Source of the DNA: an uncultured Marinoscillum sp.
GTDB lineage: Bacteria > Bacteroidota > Bacteroidia > Cytophagales > Cyclobacteriaceae
DNA: 64,000 bases
Direction of reading: 5' to 3'
Assembly: GCA_902605755.1 (NCBI GenBank)
Contig: CACLDR010000002.1
Location: forward strand, 44,832 to 108,831
The translations under genes and the position numbers were made by a program. The notes under the pieces are model-generated. The model was given only the letters and a program-made list of their open reading frames with translations. It was not told where the DNA came from and did not search any database. Shown here piece by piece: positions 60,003 through 64,000 of the stretch (positions are counted from its first letter, which is position 1; each line of letters starts with the position of its first letter).

Positions 60003-61982
60003 TTATAGATATCGAATAAATAAAGACTCTGAAAGAATAAAGAATAAAGACAAAATTAATGCAAATTTAAATAAGTCTTCTGGTGAGTCTCTAAAACCCT
60101 CATTACTACTCAAATTTTCAATTTTTTCGATATTAATCCAATCTACATTCTCACTCTTTGCACCGAATTCTGCTAGTTCTGAATTAGTATACACTTCCAT
60201 CTCAGACTCAACTCTTGACTCATTTAAAGCTATTCTTTTAATCAAAATATCTCCATTTATAATCTCATAATTACCTGCTTTTAGACTAAATGGAGGTAAT
60301 TTCAATAGCAACCTTCCCTCTATATATTGATAATTTGGGAACCATTCAACATCACCACTCAAAACCCTTAATTTTTTTGAAGAATCAAAATCTCTGGTAG
60401 TAATGCTTACATATTCTTTAGAAATATCATAATATAAAGGCTGAATGTATCTGTTAACCCCCCCTAATGACATTTTGTACATCAAAGGGAGAAAAGTAGC
60501 ATGATTTGTTAAATTAGTAAATTCTGAAGTCAAAGGTGATGAGAAAAAATAGATGTAATGATTATTACTTTTTATGTTCCCCAAAAAGACTTTCTCATAT
60601 TTATTTTCAACCAAAACATTTAATCTACCATTAACTTCTATATTTCTTTTGGCCTTCAACAGTCCTATATCTACCTCTTTGGAATTAAATATTCCCGAAA
60701 AAAATGGATCATTTAAATCTTTTATATTTAATCCAACGGATATTGAATCACTTACCTGATTTATAGATCTAGAAAGAAAACTTTGATAGGAGGCCTTATC
60801 TATTTTCTTGGAGGGTATGATTAAAAAGTCGTTGTAGTCCTTATAACCATCAAAGCTTTGAGGTATATTTTCAATCCCATCTAAAATAACAAAATCTGCC
60901 AACTGCATTTCTCGATAATCGATAGCATCCTCATTAAACCTTTGATACTCAAAATATGTATTATTACCAAATACCTTTTCAACTGCTCTTGTAAAATATT
61001 TCTTAGGGTGGATATGTATAATTTTACTGATTTTTATTGAGGGAAGTGACATATAAAAGATATTATCGAAATAAACAGGATAATCAACCAACTCAATTTT
61101 CATCTTTCCCTCTTTTATATAGCTCTCATCAAAAGATAATGTCACCATAGATTCTGATTCAGCGTTAATATCAACCGATAAAGTTGAAATTAATTGATTT
61201 TCTGAAATAAGCTTCATTTGTATACCTTCACGATCGTTTTTTCCGCTATTCTTAAGTTTAACGCTAATATCCTTTTGCACTTCATGAATCTGACCCACCT
61301 GCAAGTAGGCGGTATCAACATAGACATTGGAAATATTATCTACCGGTATTTTTATCAATTTAATTTGCCAATCCATCTCTTTTGGAGTTTCTAAAGGTCC
61401 GATAGTAGATTTTTGAAAATCTGATAAATAAAAAAATGACATACTTTGAGAAAGCGCTGAAGCCTTCTTCAAAATTTGTGAAAAGCTCTTTGGGTCGCTA
61501 GAGAAACGTACATCAGATAACTTATTCAAGGCTCCCTGTTTTGAGAGCCATGATAAAGCCATTGAAGATTGATTTGTTAGAATTTGAAATTTAGTATCAG
61601 CAGGCGCCCGATTGATGAAGTCATCACTGAACTGCAAAGCTTTGTTTAAACCAATCTGACCAGCAGCAACTTCACCGGACATACTTCGCGAATTATCGAT
61701 ATATATCAAAGTTCCCTCTGCAGACCTCAATTGATCCTTAAAAATAGGTTGTGCAAAGGCCATGATAATAAAGAACATGAAGAGCATTCTTGAACCTAAC
61801 ACTAACAAATGTTTTAAATTAGTTCTATTGCCAGTTTCATTTTTAAGCTCTTCCATTAACAAAACACTCGGAAAAACAACCCTTATCACTTTTCTAAATG
61901 AAAACAAATGGATCAAGACAGGAATGAGCAGTAACAATAAACTCCAAAGTACAGATGGATACAAAAAGGTCATCGGATACAA
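60003..61982 (-). CDS. BatA-type N-terminal double-TM domain protein (aerotolerance-operon-like, vWA-like body)
   Basis: The N-terminus FLYPSVLWSLLLLLIPVLIHLF followed by a second TM segment is the BatA_N signature. 659 aa with a C-terminal TM segment. Confidence 0.7.
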   Translation of the reverse strand: MYPMTFLYPSVLWSLLLLLIPVLIHLFSFRKVIRVVFPSVLLMEELKNETGNRTNLKHLLVLGSRMLFMFFIIMAFAQPIFKDQLRSAEGTLIYIDNSRSMSGEVAAGQIGLNKALQFSDDFINRAPADTKFQILTNQSSMALSWLSKQGALNKLSDVRFSSDPKSFSQILKKASALSQSMSFFYLSDFQKSTIGPLETPKEMDWQIKLIKIPVDNISNVYVDTAYLQVGQIHEVQKDISVKLKNSGKNDREGIQMKLISENQLISTLSVDINAESESMVTLSFDESYIKEGKMKIELVDYPVYFDNIFYMSLPSIKISKIIHIHPKKYFTRAVEKVFGNNTYFEYQRFNEDAIDYREMQLADFVILDGIENIPQSFDGYKDYNDFLIIPSKKIDKASYQSFLSRSINQVSDSISVGLNIKDLNDPFFSGIFNSKEVDIGLLKAKRNIEVNGRLNVLVENKYEKVFLGNIKSNNHYIYFFSSPLTSEFTNLTNHATFLPLMYKMSLGGVNRYIQPLYYDISKEYVSITTRDFDSSKKLRVLSGDVEWFPNYQYIEGRLLLKLPPFSLKAGNYEIINGDILIKRIALNESRVESEMEVYTNSELAEFGAKSENVDWINIEKIENLSSNEGFRDSPEDLFKFALILSLFFILSESLFIRYL

Positions 61983-62030
61983 GTTTATGCTAGAATATGT
62001 AAATGATCAACATATTGATAAAATAGGTCA

Positions 62031-62059
62031 TAAAAAAAGCCCTTAGTTTTCTAAGGGCT
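62031..62059 (-). terminator. Rho-independent terminator of the rRNA operon
   Basis: The minus strand reads AGCCCTTAG-AAAA-CTAAGGGCT followed by a T-run. This is a perfect 9-bp stem directly downstream of the 5S rRNA. Confidence 0.7.
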
Positions 62060-62067
62060 TTAATAAA

Positions 62068-62179
<112 letters not shown>

Positions 62180-62296
62180 TAACCTTGAGCAATTCCTTTT
62201 GGATCACTATAATTTCGTCAATTGATCTTATAACCAATTTCATGACAGTATGTAAAAGATTTATTGATAGTAAAATGAATATATCGTTATGTGCTC

Positions 62297-64000
<1,704 letters not shown>

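Overview
This is a low-GC chromosomal segment, estimated by eye at about one-third G+C. Several hallmarks point to Bacteroidota, probably Flavobacteriia- or Cytophagia-like. These are divergent tamB/tsaD, a fused E1 alpha-beta 2-oxoacid dehydrogenase, tandem DUF4199-like membrane proteins next to a GtrB-like glycosyltransferase, a BatA-type N-terminal double-TM protein, an ExbB-ExbD-ExbD cluster, TAnnTTTG-type -7 boxes and no obvious Shine-Dalgarno sites. This placement is inference, and no species can be named from the sequence alone.

Bases 1-36,990 and 52,355-62,000 are ordinary, densely packed housekeeping DNA:
- Envelope biogenesis: TamB, an AsmA-like protein and an MsbA-like ABC exporter.
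- Translation and RNA: tsaD, smpB, rsmA, rpmF, efp, greA.
- Fatty-acid initiation: fabH, accB, accC, acpH.
- Other core genes: ruvC, mgtE, pdxA, cutC, crcB, a pyrC-like gene and several glycosyltransferases.

RNA genes are RNase P RNA (in an ORF-free gap at 5.4-5.7 kb), tRNA-Ser(GGA), 5S rRNA and the 3' ~1.7 kb of 23S rRNA. The rRNA operon runs off the right edge on the minus strand.

The unusual part is 37-52 kb, plus one gene at 14.7-15.8 kb. At least five recognisable genes there are broken by in-frame nonsense codons and frameshifts: a type I asparaginase, an ABC-F ATPase, a Gfo/Idh/MocA oxidoreductase, a HutF-like amidohydrolase and a small lipoprotein-like gene. They are interleaved with very AT-rich ORF-free stretches of 1.0 and 1.5 kb. 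This looks like ongoing gene decay.

The most interesting intact gene is a 746-aa fusion of an APH-type kinase with a class-III PLP enzyme, the layout of a hydroxylysine-kinase/phospho-lyase type pair.

I found no CRISPR array, transposase, integrase, phage genes, toxin-antitoxin pair or recognisable defence module. I cannot point to a convincing new multi-gene system. The findings below are leads ranked honestly.
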